A DNA stretch of 64,000 nt from Azolla caroliniana (lineage: Eukaryota > Plantae > Polypodiophyta), in the NCBI GenBank assembly GCA_043228905.1, contig JBHGNT010000017.1:13702001-13766000 (forward strand). The letters are read 5' to 3'. The first letter of the stretch is position 1; each line of letters opens with the position of its first letter. Positions 43,111 to 55,000 of the stretch are shown here, in pieces. The notes beneath the pieces are model-generated. The model saw only the letters and a list, made by a program, of their open reading frames with translations, had not been told where the DNA came from and searched no databases. The translations under genes were made by a program, and so were the position numbers.

Positions 43111-43852
43111 TGTTGAAGATAATAAGCAGAAGAATATGTGAGGACCTACAAGGAGATGTCAGGCAAATAACATGTCCAAGGAAGTAAGAAGCAAGAGAAA
43201 TCAGTTGAAGCTCTAATGGAAACTTCTTATTCTCTTCTATAACTATCTCTCTCTTCCTTGTTTACAATGTTATTGTTGAGATTATATACTTAAGCCCTAA
43301 CTTGGGAACATGTTCACACTTAAGGATACAAGTTGGAAGGAGTCAGCCTTTTATGCCAACAAACTCCCCCGTAAAAGGGCTACTCTTCCTATGTATACTA
43401 ATAATTGGGGTTATCTCCCCTGTGAACCTAGATCACAATTTTAATCTAAAGTTACAATTGTATACATACAAGGAAATCGGCATTTGGCCGAATCTGCAGA
43501 GGTAAAGTTAGGATCTAGTCGGATTCAGCTAGTCATCCGAATTGTATGTCGTAAGGGTCAGCTTGTTTGAGTCGATCGGATCGACTTGTGTCCGATTTGG
43601 TTGGTTGGTTCGGATCGGCTCATGTCCAATTCCGATTCCCAGCCATTGGTCGATTGTTTGCTTCCTACTCGCGCTAGCACTTGTGCTCCTTGTTGGGTCG
43701 TTGTTCTGTCTTCGGCTTCGCTCGCCTCTCCATTGTCTCCTCTAATCAACATCCTCGCTTAGTGCTGCATCTCTAGCCCTTAGGCATTCCAACTCCTTCG
43801 ACTTTGCCTTTTCGGCTTGTCTAGCTGGACCGTTTTTTGACTTACCTACTGC

Positions 43853-45729
43853 TGTTATTGGGGTGGGGGGTGAAGCCTAGAAAGGCTTCACCCCCCTCCC
43901 AAGGGGGTTACGTTAGAGAGAGAGAGAGCAAGAGAGAAAGACAAATAGGAAATGACACCAAATGAGAGGGGAAAAAACACTATCCCTTATGTGCCCTTAG
44001 AAGGGGTTTTTATAGTACATAATGTAACGGTAAATATGTCCGTTACAAAAAAGAGACCGTTACATTCTTGTCACATGCACATAATTGTGCACGTGCTCAC
44101 ACATACTTATCTTCACACTCATATACATTATACATACCGAACAACTCCTTTAATGTGTTTTACCCTTATACCGCCCCGTACAATTCCTACAGGTAACACA
44201 TGGCATGCCTGTGGGACAATGCATCGCACGGTGAACCCACTCGCCATGGCAATTATTAACGATCGGAACTCCATCGATCGTCTCAACGATCGAAAATCTA
44301 TTGACCGGATCCTAGCTCTACGATTGATAACTTCGATCGGAGCATTGCTTGACTCGAACCTTCTCGTTTGGTCAGCATGTTGCTCAATTGGATCACACAC
44401 CAATTGGCTCCTCCATTGCGACATGGGCCTTTCATGATTCTATATGTGTATTTTTCGGTTTTTGTCATGTGAATTGAGCTTTGTATTTTGTACCCTTGGT
44501 CTCTAAAATTTTTACCCTCAAAAGTTTATTGAAATTTTGAATTTTTTTTTTTTTTTTTTTTTTGCTCCTTGAGTTTTCGAAATTCTGCTTTCTGCCCTCC
44601 ACTTTTTGAAATCCACTTGGAAGTCCTCATGCTTTTGAAATTTCATCTTCTTTGCCCTTAGGTTTCTAAAATTTTGTAGAATGCCCCTGATGTTTTTCTT
44701 CTCTCTCTTTCTATCTGTGGTCGTCCTCTCTCTGTTTCTTCTCCTTACTCCTCTTTCTATACCTTCTTCTTTGTCTTGTCTTCCTTTTGTTGTTCTTCCT
44801 TTCTCTTTCTGCTTTGTCTTTTGATGCGTTCTTCTACTCGATCCTCGTCCTCTCCCTCCTCGTTCTTCTTCTCCTTCTCCTTCTCTTTCTCTTTCCTTCT
44901 TGCAGCAGGCACTGCCGCCTCCATGGCTTCAGTTTCTTTCTTACTATCCTTGTTCTTCGTTGTCTCCTTCTTTGTCGGACCTTCTGTCCGACCAGCCCTA
45001 TCCGCTGTCTCCGTCGACAGCCGGTTTGGCCGCTGATGAATGGCGACCGACTATATCATACGGTAGTCCTCGCCGTTTGTCCGGCTGTCGCTGTTTGTCG
45101 GCCGTCACCATCCGACTGGCACTGTTCGGCGGTCGTGCCTATTGGATCCATGGGCTGTCTGGCTGTTGGATCCATGGGCTTGATCTGAAAGGAGAGGGAG
45201 GGAGATAGGGAGAGAATATGAGATGGATTTAATGGGCTTGATCTGAAAGGAGAGGGAGGGAGATAGGGAGACAATATGAGATGGATTTAATGGGCTTGAT
45301 CTGAAAGGAGAGGGAGGGAGATAGGGAGACAATATGAGATGGATTAATTAAATAGTATAAGAAAAAAGGGGAGGAAGTAGAGAGAGAGCTAGGTGTGGCT
45401 ACGGATAGAAAAAGAGGGAGAATAAACCATAGTAATGATGCTAAGTGACAGAGATAAAAAATAGAGGGAGTAAAGTTTGATAAGGTTTAATGAGTTTGGG
45501 TCTGTGTGTTTGTTGGGGGTAGGAAGGGGCATTTGACATAGACCTTTCGTCCTCCTCGCATAACTTCACTTCATTCTCCGCGCTTTCGGTAGCGAAGTAA
45601 TCATGGCAGAGTGTTGCTTGGAAGCTCTCACACATACTCATCTTCACACTCATATACATTACACATACCGAACAACTCCTTTAAAGTGTTTTACCCTTAT
45701 ATCGCCCCGTACAATTCCTACGGGTAATA
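43853..45729 (-). mobile_element. Internally deleted/non-autonomous LTR element; full LTR 43853-44198, truncated LTR ~45628-45729
   Basis: Perfect TSD ACTGC (43848-43852 / 45730-45734); ~100-bp LTR segment shared between 44098-44198 and 45628-45729; minus-strand CTATAAAAA. Confidence 0.8.
45174..45346. repeat. 58-bp tandem repeat x3
   Basis: ATGGGCTTGATCTGAAAGGAGAGGGAGGGAGATAGGGAGA.AATATGAGATGGATT at 45174, 45232 and 45290. Confidence 0.92.
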
Positions 45730-48700
45730 ACTGCGATTGTTTGTTTGGCTCTCTTTTGCTTTGTCGCTTGTCGTCCCATTGTGTTCCTCAGCGTTCCGAA
45801 GCGCTGTTCTAAGAGTGGCTTCGTTAGGAAATTAGTAATATTCACCTCCGTATCTATCTTCTGGACTTCAAGCTTCTTCTCCATTACGAGCTCTTGGATA
45901 TGATGCAACTGCACCTCAATGTGTTTCATCTTCGCATGATAGACTGGGTTCGAATGAGGTGTATTGCACTTTGTGAATCACAATAGATGGTTGACACTGG
46001 ATAGTCAATTCGGCTTGTCGCCGAAAAACGACCAATATTCAATGCAACAAGATTGCTTCCTTGGCCGCTTTCGACGTGGCTATGTACTCGGCCTCTATGG
46101 TCAATAGGGATGTGCAATCTTGTAATTTCGATCTCCATGATATGGCACTACCGACATAGGTGAATATATAGCCTAATGCCGACTTTCGATTATCCGGATT
46201 GCCGGCATAGTCAGAGTTTGTATAGCCTTTGACTTAGGTCGTATTGGCCCATCTGAAAGTCAGTTGTACATCTTTGTTTCCTAGCAAATACTTGAAGATG
46301 TTCTTGACAACCTCCCAATGCTTATGTCATGGGTTCAACATGTACCAGCTGACGACCCCTAAGGTTGGGTCGCCACCATTGCGTACATGATACTTCCTAC
46401 AACTGATGTGTAGGGTATCTTTCTATTTAGCTCTCTCTAGTTGTCCTAGTTTGATGCAAGGTATCGGGATATAATCGGACATGTATCGGTTGACAAGCCC
46501 TACAACATATGCAAGGGCGGGTTGGGTCACGACCATTATGTACATAATACTTCCTACGATTGATGTGTAGTATTAGGCTTGTGAGCTGTCTCTCCTCTTC
46601 CGTCAAAGGAGAGTCTCTGTCTGATAGTCTAAATGACATCGGAAGTGGGGTTGATGCCGGTTTTGCATTCTCCATGTTGAACCATCTTAGCACCTTTTTT
46701 ATGTCGTCGGACTAGGAGAGTCAGAGGCTCTTTGCCATCCGATTTCACTCTATCCGCATGCCCAATATGTGTTGGGCTTATCCGAGTTCCTTCATCACAA
46801 ACTTGTCATGAAGGCTCTGCATTAATTCTCCGATCTTTGCTTGATTACTTCTAGTAATGAGCACGCCATCAACATACAAGATCAGATAGATTCGGGACGC
46901 ATCGGCCAATTTTCGAATATACATGCATGGGTTGGGATCGGCTGTAGCTGAGTTGCTGGATGTAGGTATCGAACTTTTGATAGCACATTCTCGACGCTTG
47001 CTTGAGGCCATATAGGCTCTTCTTCAACTTGTAGATGAGGTGACCTTGCTCCCCTGTCGCCGTGAAGCTTGCTAGTTGAGACATGAAGATGTCTTTGTCG
47101 AGATCTCCGTGTAGGAAGGTTGTCTTAACATCAAGTTTTTCGAGCTCTAGGTTTTCTGTAAGTTGTTCGAGCTCTAGGTCTTCTGTCGCCACGACCCCAA
47201 GTAGGAGCTGAAGGGTGGTCTCCTTGACTATCGACGAGAATATCTCGTTGTAGTTGACCCCATGTTCCCATTTGAAACCTTTGGCGACGAACCAGGCTTT
47301 ATATTTGCGCTTCTCCAAATCGGATACATATTTGTACATGAAGACCCATTTGCAGGGCAATGGTTTCCTTCTAGCTAGTAACTCGACCAACTCCCATGTG
47401 TTATTCTCTTTAATCAAATCCATCTTGGATTGCATGGTTTCTAGCCATGTGTCGGCATTTGGTGCAACTATAGCATCCTCAACAGAGCTTGGTTTGCCTG
47501 CATTTGTGTAGTTGATGTAGTCGACACTCGATTGATAAAACTTTGTCGGCCTTCGGACTTATCCGGATCTCCTGAGTGTCAAATTTGTTGGTTCAGATTA
47601 TTTGATCTGCGCTATCAGTGAGTCTATGTTACTTGAACCGTTTTGAAGAGTCCTTTTGGATGATTTGCCCCTGCAATAGGATTTCGGCGATGTCGAACCA
47701 TACTCCCTTTCTTTCGGGTAGGGGACTTGGCTGAATTAATTCGATTGTTCGTCCCTTGAGCCTTATTGTGTGGATCAATCGAATCGACTCTATCTCTTTC
47801 AACTCTATCATTTTTGACTCGACCCTTCTCGGCTTTGCCTAAGTCAGCTGATTCAGCTCTTGTTAATTGCCTTCATATGGCTTTTTCGGCTGTTGCTGAT
47901 TTTCCCGTGTTGAGCAAGAAAGCTCAACCGGATCCGAATCGGCTGAATAAGCCAGAGCAGGATCGGTATCCAGAACAGAGAGCTGGATCGGCATCCGGAA
48001 GGACGAGCCTGATCGGTATCTGGAAACAACCGGCCGGATCGGAGAGCCGGATTTGAGTGCGAACCGGAAGCCTAGTAGTAACCTAGACTACTAGGTAATC
48101 ATTGTCTCGTAGTTAGTGTCAGTCACTCGTATGAGCATTGAAGTACATACTACTTCTGTCAGTCCTTTTGAGGACTTGTATAAATAGTGCTCTTTAGCAC
48201 GTTGTATGTACAGAGTATTGAGTGTACTATTTTGAATAGAGTTTATGTTCCGCTCTCTCTCTCTCTCTCTCTCCCCCGCGTACGCGTATTCTCTATGTGT
48301 GTTGAGTTTTTCATTTCATCTTCTGTTGCTATCCGGCTGAGCCGGTTTGTCATGTTAACTCTTAGGGCCGGACAATGGCCTAACACAGGGTGTCTACGGA
48401 AGACACTTCACCAAAGGGGTGTTACGGCAATAGGATTAGACTCAACGATTAATCCGACTTAATTAGGGTACTTAGCAAGATCTTCCTTAATAATCACACG
48501 CGTAAGATATAACAATGAATGCAGAACGACAATTAACACAGAGAGATAAAACACTAAGCTTTATTAATTAACCGCTCCTCATTACATTGTATCCGGGCCT
48601 TTAAATAGGTTTCCGGTCTGTAGTACAAAACGGTGCCATCCGCACTTGTTCGGGATCGATCCGGATCCGGAACGGCATACCGATCCCGGTCCGTCCATCC

Positions 48701-48787
48701 ACACTAATAGCTTACATACAACCATTCCTAATAATTAATTAACTCCTCCATTTCACACTCTGGACTCCTTTGCCGACCGGTAACACA

Positions 48788-48804
48788 TGGCACGCCCGTG
48801 GGAC
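48788..48804 (+). other. PBS-like motif TGGCACGCCCGTGGGAC at the PPT position of the gypsy element
   Basis: 2 nt from the LTR boundary; no purine tract on the element sense strand; near-identical motif at 44201-44217. Confidence 0.75.
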
Positions 48805-48924
48805 AATACCTTGTACGTCGAATCCACCATCCGACCCTTGCTATTCTTCGTCCAAAATATCCAGAATGCTTTGTTCGAGAGTCTCCAATGGTTCATCTGG
48901 AATTGGTTGTTGTTGTTGTTGTGG

Positions 48925-51652
48925 TTACTGCTGTTGCTGTTGTTGCTCCGTTGATGGCTGCTGCGACTGGTCCTTTGGTGGCTGTTGCGGCTGCTCCTCC
49001 GTTTGTTGCTCTGACACCGGCGTTCCCGTCGTTGCTCCCTCCGTCGTAGTGGTCTCCGGTTGACTGGTTCCGGCCTGGCCCTCAGCCGACGACGGTTCCT
49101 CATCACTAAGGTTAACCGTTGCCGCTTCCCGTGCTTTTTCTTCCCGAACCTGGGACCGCTCGTAGCTTTCAAACTGGATTTGAGCATCCAACCTATCATC
49201 GTCTAGCTGAGCTATGAGTTGCCGGACCTGCGCCGGCTGTTCATTCGCCAGGACTTGGAAGTCTTTGGCCAGCTTGTCCCGTATGGCGGTGAAGTCCTCG
49301 GAAGTCAACGTGTAAACATCATCTTCTTCCTTCCGCCGGTTTGCCACGTCTGCCCGTAGCAATTGGAGTTCCGCCGCATTTTGTGCCCACTTTGTCCACC
49401 ATCTTACGGAGCTTTCGTCAATCAAGCGTTTTGTCTGATTCAACCATGCCCGGAGGATGCACTGAATCCGGCCCGTTCCCAATTGCAATTTGATCTCTGC
49501 CGCTTGCCGTTCCTCCTTCAATTGCTTGATGATTTTGAGGTTGTCATCCACCTGCTCCTTGTAATGCATCAATTGCCTTTGATATGTGCTTTGTAATTTT
49601 TGCAATACTGTTGACGCTCTCTCCTTTTCTTCCTGTTGCTACCTTTGGAGCTCCATCTGGACCTTCTTCGCCTCGTCCAACCTTCTTGTATTTTCCGCTC
49701 GTTCGTCGGCAAGCGTCGTCGCCGCCTGATCAACTTCTTGCTGGAGCTCGGCCACCCGTTCCTTATGCTCTGTTTCCAGCCATTTGTAGTCCCGGTCCGG
49801 TGTAGGTGCTCAAAATCATCCGTCTTTTGCTTGAGCCGTGCGTTGATCTGTCGACGGGCACGGTCCTCGCGGTCCTTCTGCTGGCGGAGCTCCTCCTTTA
49901 GCCGTTCAATTTCTGTTTCCGCCGTCTTCCGCAACTTGTCCTTTTCCTGCAGCACTTTGTCTTTTTCCTCCATTAGCCGGTCGTATGCTTGATGGCCTTT
50001 CCGGAGGCTCTCCTCTGCCCGGCGGAGGTTCTCAACAGTCTTCTTTAATTCTGCTTCGGCCGCTGTCTTCAATTCCCGTTCCCGGCTCCTTAGCGCTTCT
50101 TGTGCGACAAGTTCATCTCTCAATTCCGCAAGCTCCTGGGCTTGCGCCGCATCTCTCTCTGGAACGGTTTCCGTTGCCGGGGTCTTATTAGTATGTACAG
50201 GTTGGTCGGGTTCTTTATTCTGTACACTTACCGGAGTCACCGGTGATTGGATCTGTGTTGCCGTTAAGGCCATTTTGGCCATTTCTGCCGTGACCTGATC
50301 CAAGTCTTTTTCAAGGCACCGGATTCTGGACTGGGCCGTCTGTAGTTGTTTGGTTGTGATGAGCAACCGTTCGCTGTGCGCTCTTTCTTCCGCCTCAATA
50401 TACCCCACTGCTCCGACAATCTGTTCGCCTATCCACCAGAGCCACAGGCTACCGGTGCATTGTTGTTGCGCTTGCACGGAGGTTTGACGAATGGGCTCGC
50501 TTGTAGATGGGTGGTCCCGCCTGATTGCGCCGAGTTGCAATTCCGTTCTGCCCGTGGACCACCCTGCTGTCCTGGTTCCCCTTGTGCTTCTTCTTGGTTG
50601 GCCGAGGGAGGCTGTATTGACCTTTCCGGCTCTGGCGGAATGGGACTTGCCGGTGCTGCCGGTGGTGCAGGGGCTTCTGATTCCGGTGCCATGCGCACCG
50701 GTTCCGGTTCCTCCCTTGGCGTGGGAGTCTCAGTATGGGGAGTCGGTGTTCCCTCCGTCTGAGGGTCTGAACGTTTCCCGGCTGCCTCAACGGTCCTTGT
50801 CGACGACCGTCGCTGGAGGTGCTCCGTAGGCTCCTCCTCTATTTCCTCTTCCTGAGTCCCGGCATTGAGTTTTGCCGCCAAGGGGTCCGCTTCTCTATTC
50901 ACCGGTTGGTGGAGTGTAACCTTTACAGGCCGTACCGGTGGTTCCTCCTACGCATCCGTTGGCCGCTTCTGGCTGGCGCTCTCCTTTCCCGCCTGTTCTG
51001 CGTCCGCCGCCTTCCCCTTAGTGGCCTTAGAGGCCAACAACTGTTGTCTTTTGGAAGCAGTCTTTGGGGTGCCGTCCGCCACTCTTCCCCGCTTCTTAGG
51101 CTGGACGGGCTGGACGGGTGGCACAAGCAAGGTGAACCACTGCGTTACTGCGTGGCATATCCTTCGTCCTTTTCGGCCTTCTTTGCCGTCTTTTCCTCTG
51201 ACGATCTCGATCGCCGCACACAAACCGTCTGCGATCAATACCGGCCAATCCACCTTGATACCTTCATAGGTGGCAATGATCATCCCTGCCCGGTTCTGCG
51301 GCATGACAGGGGGTCTAGGGTACACATGGCCGTATTCGTGGAGCACACGAGCAATCTCGCGGAACAACATATCTCCGCCGCCCTGTGTCCGGTAGCCCTT
51401 GCTGGCTAGGGAGTACTCACCAAAATACTTGATGAGTTGCTCCGAGGTCGGATTGTCGATCGTGAATATGCCTCCCTCCGAAAGGCCTGTTAACGCACGG
51501 ATCGCCTCATCTGTTATGACCTCTGTGTCGATTTCTTTGATCACCTTGTCAGCTTCTTTGTGTGGCGGTACCTCCATAATCGTCAAGAAGCCCTCGAGCC
51601 CGTGTTGCTTTAGCCATTTCTTAGTGGCTTCCGACAACGTTTGTGGGTCCAT
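48925..51652 (-). pseudogene. Extra sense ORF of the gypsy element (globular N-terminus, Pro/Glu linker, long coiled coil, Q-rich tail), frameshifted
   Basis: Overlapping ORFs 50948-51652, 50429-50902, 49569-50540 and 48925-49605 between pol and the 3' LTR. Confidence 0.7.
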
Positions 51653-52038
51653 GTCTGTGTCGAGGTCGGATTGTGGTGGCGAGGTTGGCTGGTGATGAGA
51701 GTGAGATTGAGAGAGAGAGAGAGTTCAGAAAGCGGGGGTTCTCTGTGCGTAGGTTCTCGTCTGATGATCTTCCAGCGCGTTGGTGCTTTTGTGCTCTTGG
51801 GTTCGCGAAAGTAGAGGGTCTCCACGCGCAGTGGTTTTTCTCTGTGCATTCTGGCGCCTTTTTCGAGTGTGTGCACGTTGTGTACTAAAATAGCATTATG
51901 TCTTGTGGTGGCGCTTAAATGCCCACTACGTACCTTTTCGCTCCTCGCTCTTTCGTCCATTCATACCTCGCTTTTGCATGATTACTTCACTTTTTTTTTT
52001 TTTTTTTTTTTTTTGATAAATTTTAATGTGGTGTGAGG

Positions 52039-55000
52039 TTAGTTGTCCGTTGGTCCTATCGGACCCTTACCGGCCTCATTATGGTTTGCCGTCACCTCAT
52101 TCTCCCCTGTTACCGGCTTGCCGTCTCCTCCGTCTTGGTGGTTGCCGTTCCCCTCACAGGTTGCCGTTTCCTCACCGGTGTCGATCTTTTGCTCAAATGG
52201 ATTCTTGGGCATCGGTCCTCTATATGGCTTCAATTGGAATCCGTTGACCCATTTACCTAGCACTTCGCCGGCAAGTGTCCCTAACTGGTAGGACCCATTA
52301 TACTCACGTGTCAGCCAATACGGGCCGGTCCATCTAAACCGTAGTTTTCCCGGCATCTTGCCCATCCGGGTCTGAAATACTAACACTGGCTTGCCGATTG
52401 CGAACATTTTTTCATTCCCTTTCCTGTGCCGGTTGACAAATGCTTTCCGTCGCCGTTGTTCCAATTCTAAGTGCAGGATGCTTGCCAGTCGTTGTTCCTC
52501 GAGTTCACACAGCGCTGTTAACCGTATTGCCTCCGACTCCTTCTCGTTCAACTGTTCCCGTAGCTGGATCCGTAACCTGGGTACTTGGAATTCCACCGGC
52601 ATTACCGCCTCTAGTCCGAACGCTAACCGGAACGGTGTTGTTCGGATGCTCAGTTCATATGCTGTCCGGTATGCCCAAAGCACGCTATGTAGCTTGGTAT
52701 CCCAATCCGTTCGGTTTTCGTTGACGATCTTCCGGAGGATATTCTGGAGCGTTTTGTTCGTCGATTCAGCTAACCCGTTTGCTTGCGGATAGTATGGTGT
52801 GCTCCGTTTATGGACAACGGCATAGAATGTCGTCAGGCTTTCAACTACTTGGCCAAGAAAGTGCCCCCCTTGGTCGCTTATTAATTCGATTGGGCATTCG
52901 TAACGGCACCAGATGTATTCGTATAGAAATTTTGCTGTTGACGCAGCAGTGTTGTCTCTTAAGGCTTTGGCCTCCACCCATTTCGTGCAGTAATCCGTCA
53001 CGACGATGACGTACCGATTACCTGTTCTCATTGCCGGTGGTTTGAACGGTCCAACAAAGTCCAGCCCCCACTTCTGGAATGGTTCGAGTGGTAGTATAGG
53101 CTGGTGTGGCATCCGAGCCTGCTTTGTTGGCTGGCCCATTCGCTGGCATAGGTCACATTCTCTTGCGTACCGTACAACATCTCTTAATGTAGTTGGCCAC
53201 CATAGGCCACTTTGCCATATTTTCATGGCCGTCGCATCTCCGACATAGTGACCTCCGGCAACTCCGCAGTGGGCTTCCCTCAGTATGAGGTCCTTTTCAT
53301 CGCTGCACACAACCCGTCTCCATATGCCGTCCGTGCCCTTGTGGTAAAGTGTGTCTCGCAGTAAGCAGAAATGTCGGCTTTGCACCGCCAGGCGTTTCCT
53401 TTCGTCCCGGTTCATCTCTTCTGGAGGCAGTCCTGTGCTCAAAAACTTGTGCATATTTGTGAGCCACTTGTCTTCCTGTGCCACCGTCTCATCTGCTGCC
53501 GTTTCCGTAGTGACTCGAAACAGCTCCGCATCCGGAAACTCGTCCGCTACTCCATCGCCCGTCTCTCCGGACTCTAATCGGCTTAAATAATCCGCTACGG
53601 CATGCTGTATACCGGGTTGGTGGAATATTTCGAACTCGAATTCCTGTAACAGTAAGGTCCACCGGGCCAATTTACCGGTGAGTGACGCCTTGGACACTAG
53701 GTAGAGGAGTGCCGAATGATCTACATGGAAGGAAAACTTCCTTCCCAATAAATAATGCCGAAACTTTGTCACACTGTAGATCATCCCTAGAGCTTCCCGT
53801 TCCGTGGTAGCGTAGTTCCGTTCCACTTGGGATAGCTTTCGGCTGGCATAGTACACTGGCCGGTACCACTTTGGCTCCGTAAGCTGCATTAGTACGCTTC
53901 CGATTGCGATTTCGGAGGTGTCCACGAACACATGAAATTCTTTACTCCAATCTGGAGGCTGCACTACCGGTGCTTGCGACAATAGTACCTTGAGGGCCCT
54001 ATACGCCTTATCCTCAGTGTCGGTCCACTGGAATGGTGTCCGATGTACGTCGGCATGCAACGGTGTAGCCAGGTCGGCCAAGTATCGGAGCATCCGGCTG
54101 TGCCACCGGATCTAGCCTAAGAACCGGCTCAATGCCTTTGCCTTTGCCGACGCCAGTGCTTCTAATATGGCTTTCACTTTGTCTGGGTCGACTGCAATGC
54201 CTTCCTAACTCACAATATGTCCTAGTAAGGTTCCATTGGACACGCCAAATACACACTTCGCCGGATTCAAACTTAGCCGGTACGCTCTACACTTTTTTAG
54301 ACAAAGATGGAGGTGTTGAAAATGGTCCTCCTCCCGGCTATAGACGGTGAAATCGTCAAGGAAGACCTGCATAAAAGCCGGGATATATTCACCAAAGATT
54401 TCCATGATGATTCGTTGAAATGTTGCCGGTGTGGTTTTGAGTCCGAACATCATCACCACGGCCACAAACACCCCCCATTCGGTGACGAAAGCCGTTTTCT
54501 CTTGGTCGTCGGGGTGCATCCCGATCTGATTATACTCGCTGAATCCGTCTAGAAAGCTATAGACCTCATGGACGGCGACGACATCCAACACTTCATCTGT
54601 GAACGGAAGTGGAAACGCATCCGTTACCGTAGCCGCATTGAGTTTCCGGTAGTCCACACAAACTCGAATTTTTCCGTTCTTCTTCGGTACGACTACGATC
54701 GGGCTCAGCCATGTCGCTTTCTTTACCGGACTGATAAAGCCAACTCTTAGCAGTTTGTCAATTTCCTCCTTGACTTTGGCGGCATAATTGGGATTCATTC
54801 GGTACCGTCTTTGTGCCACTGGTTTTGCGTCCTTGCTCAAGTTAATCTGATGCTGGTATAACTGAGGGTTGAGCCCTCACATGTCTTCGTATGACCAGGC
54901 GAAAACGTCGCGAAATTCCGTGAGAAGTGTGATCATCGCCGTTTTGTCTTCGGACTTCATCTCCTTGGTGATGTGCACCGGTTTTGCTTCGTCCGTGGTC

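Larger units (their letters stand above)
43111..47907 (-). mobile_element. Degenerate Ty1/copia (3' LTR 43111-43361, PPT, RNase H and RT), interrupted at 43853-45729 and at 47908
   Basis: TGTTG..CCAACA LTR preceded on the minus strand by GGGGGAG; RT fragments (LDVKTTFLHGDL, LKKSLYGLKQA, LYVD); RNase H (YCDSQSAIHL, KHIEV). Confidence 0.85.

Noticed and set aside
44776-45208. Hydrophobic + strand ORFs as membrane proteins
   Set aside because: Antisense of a purine-rich low-complexity tract within an LTR element.
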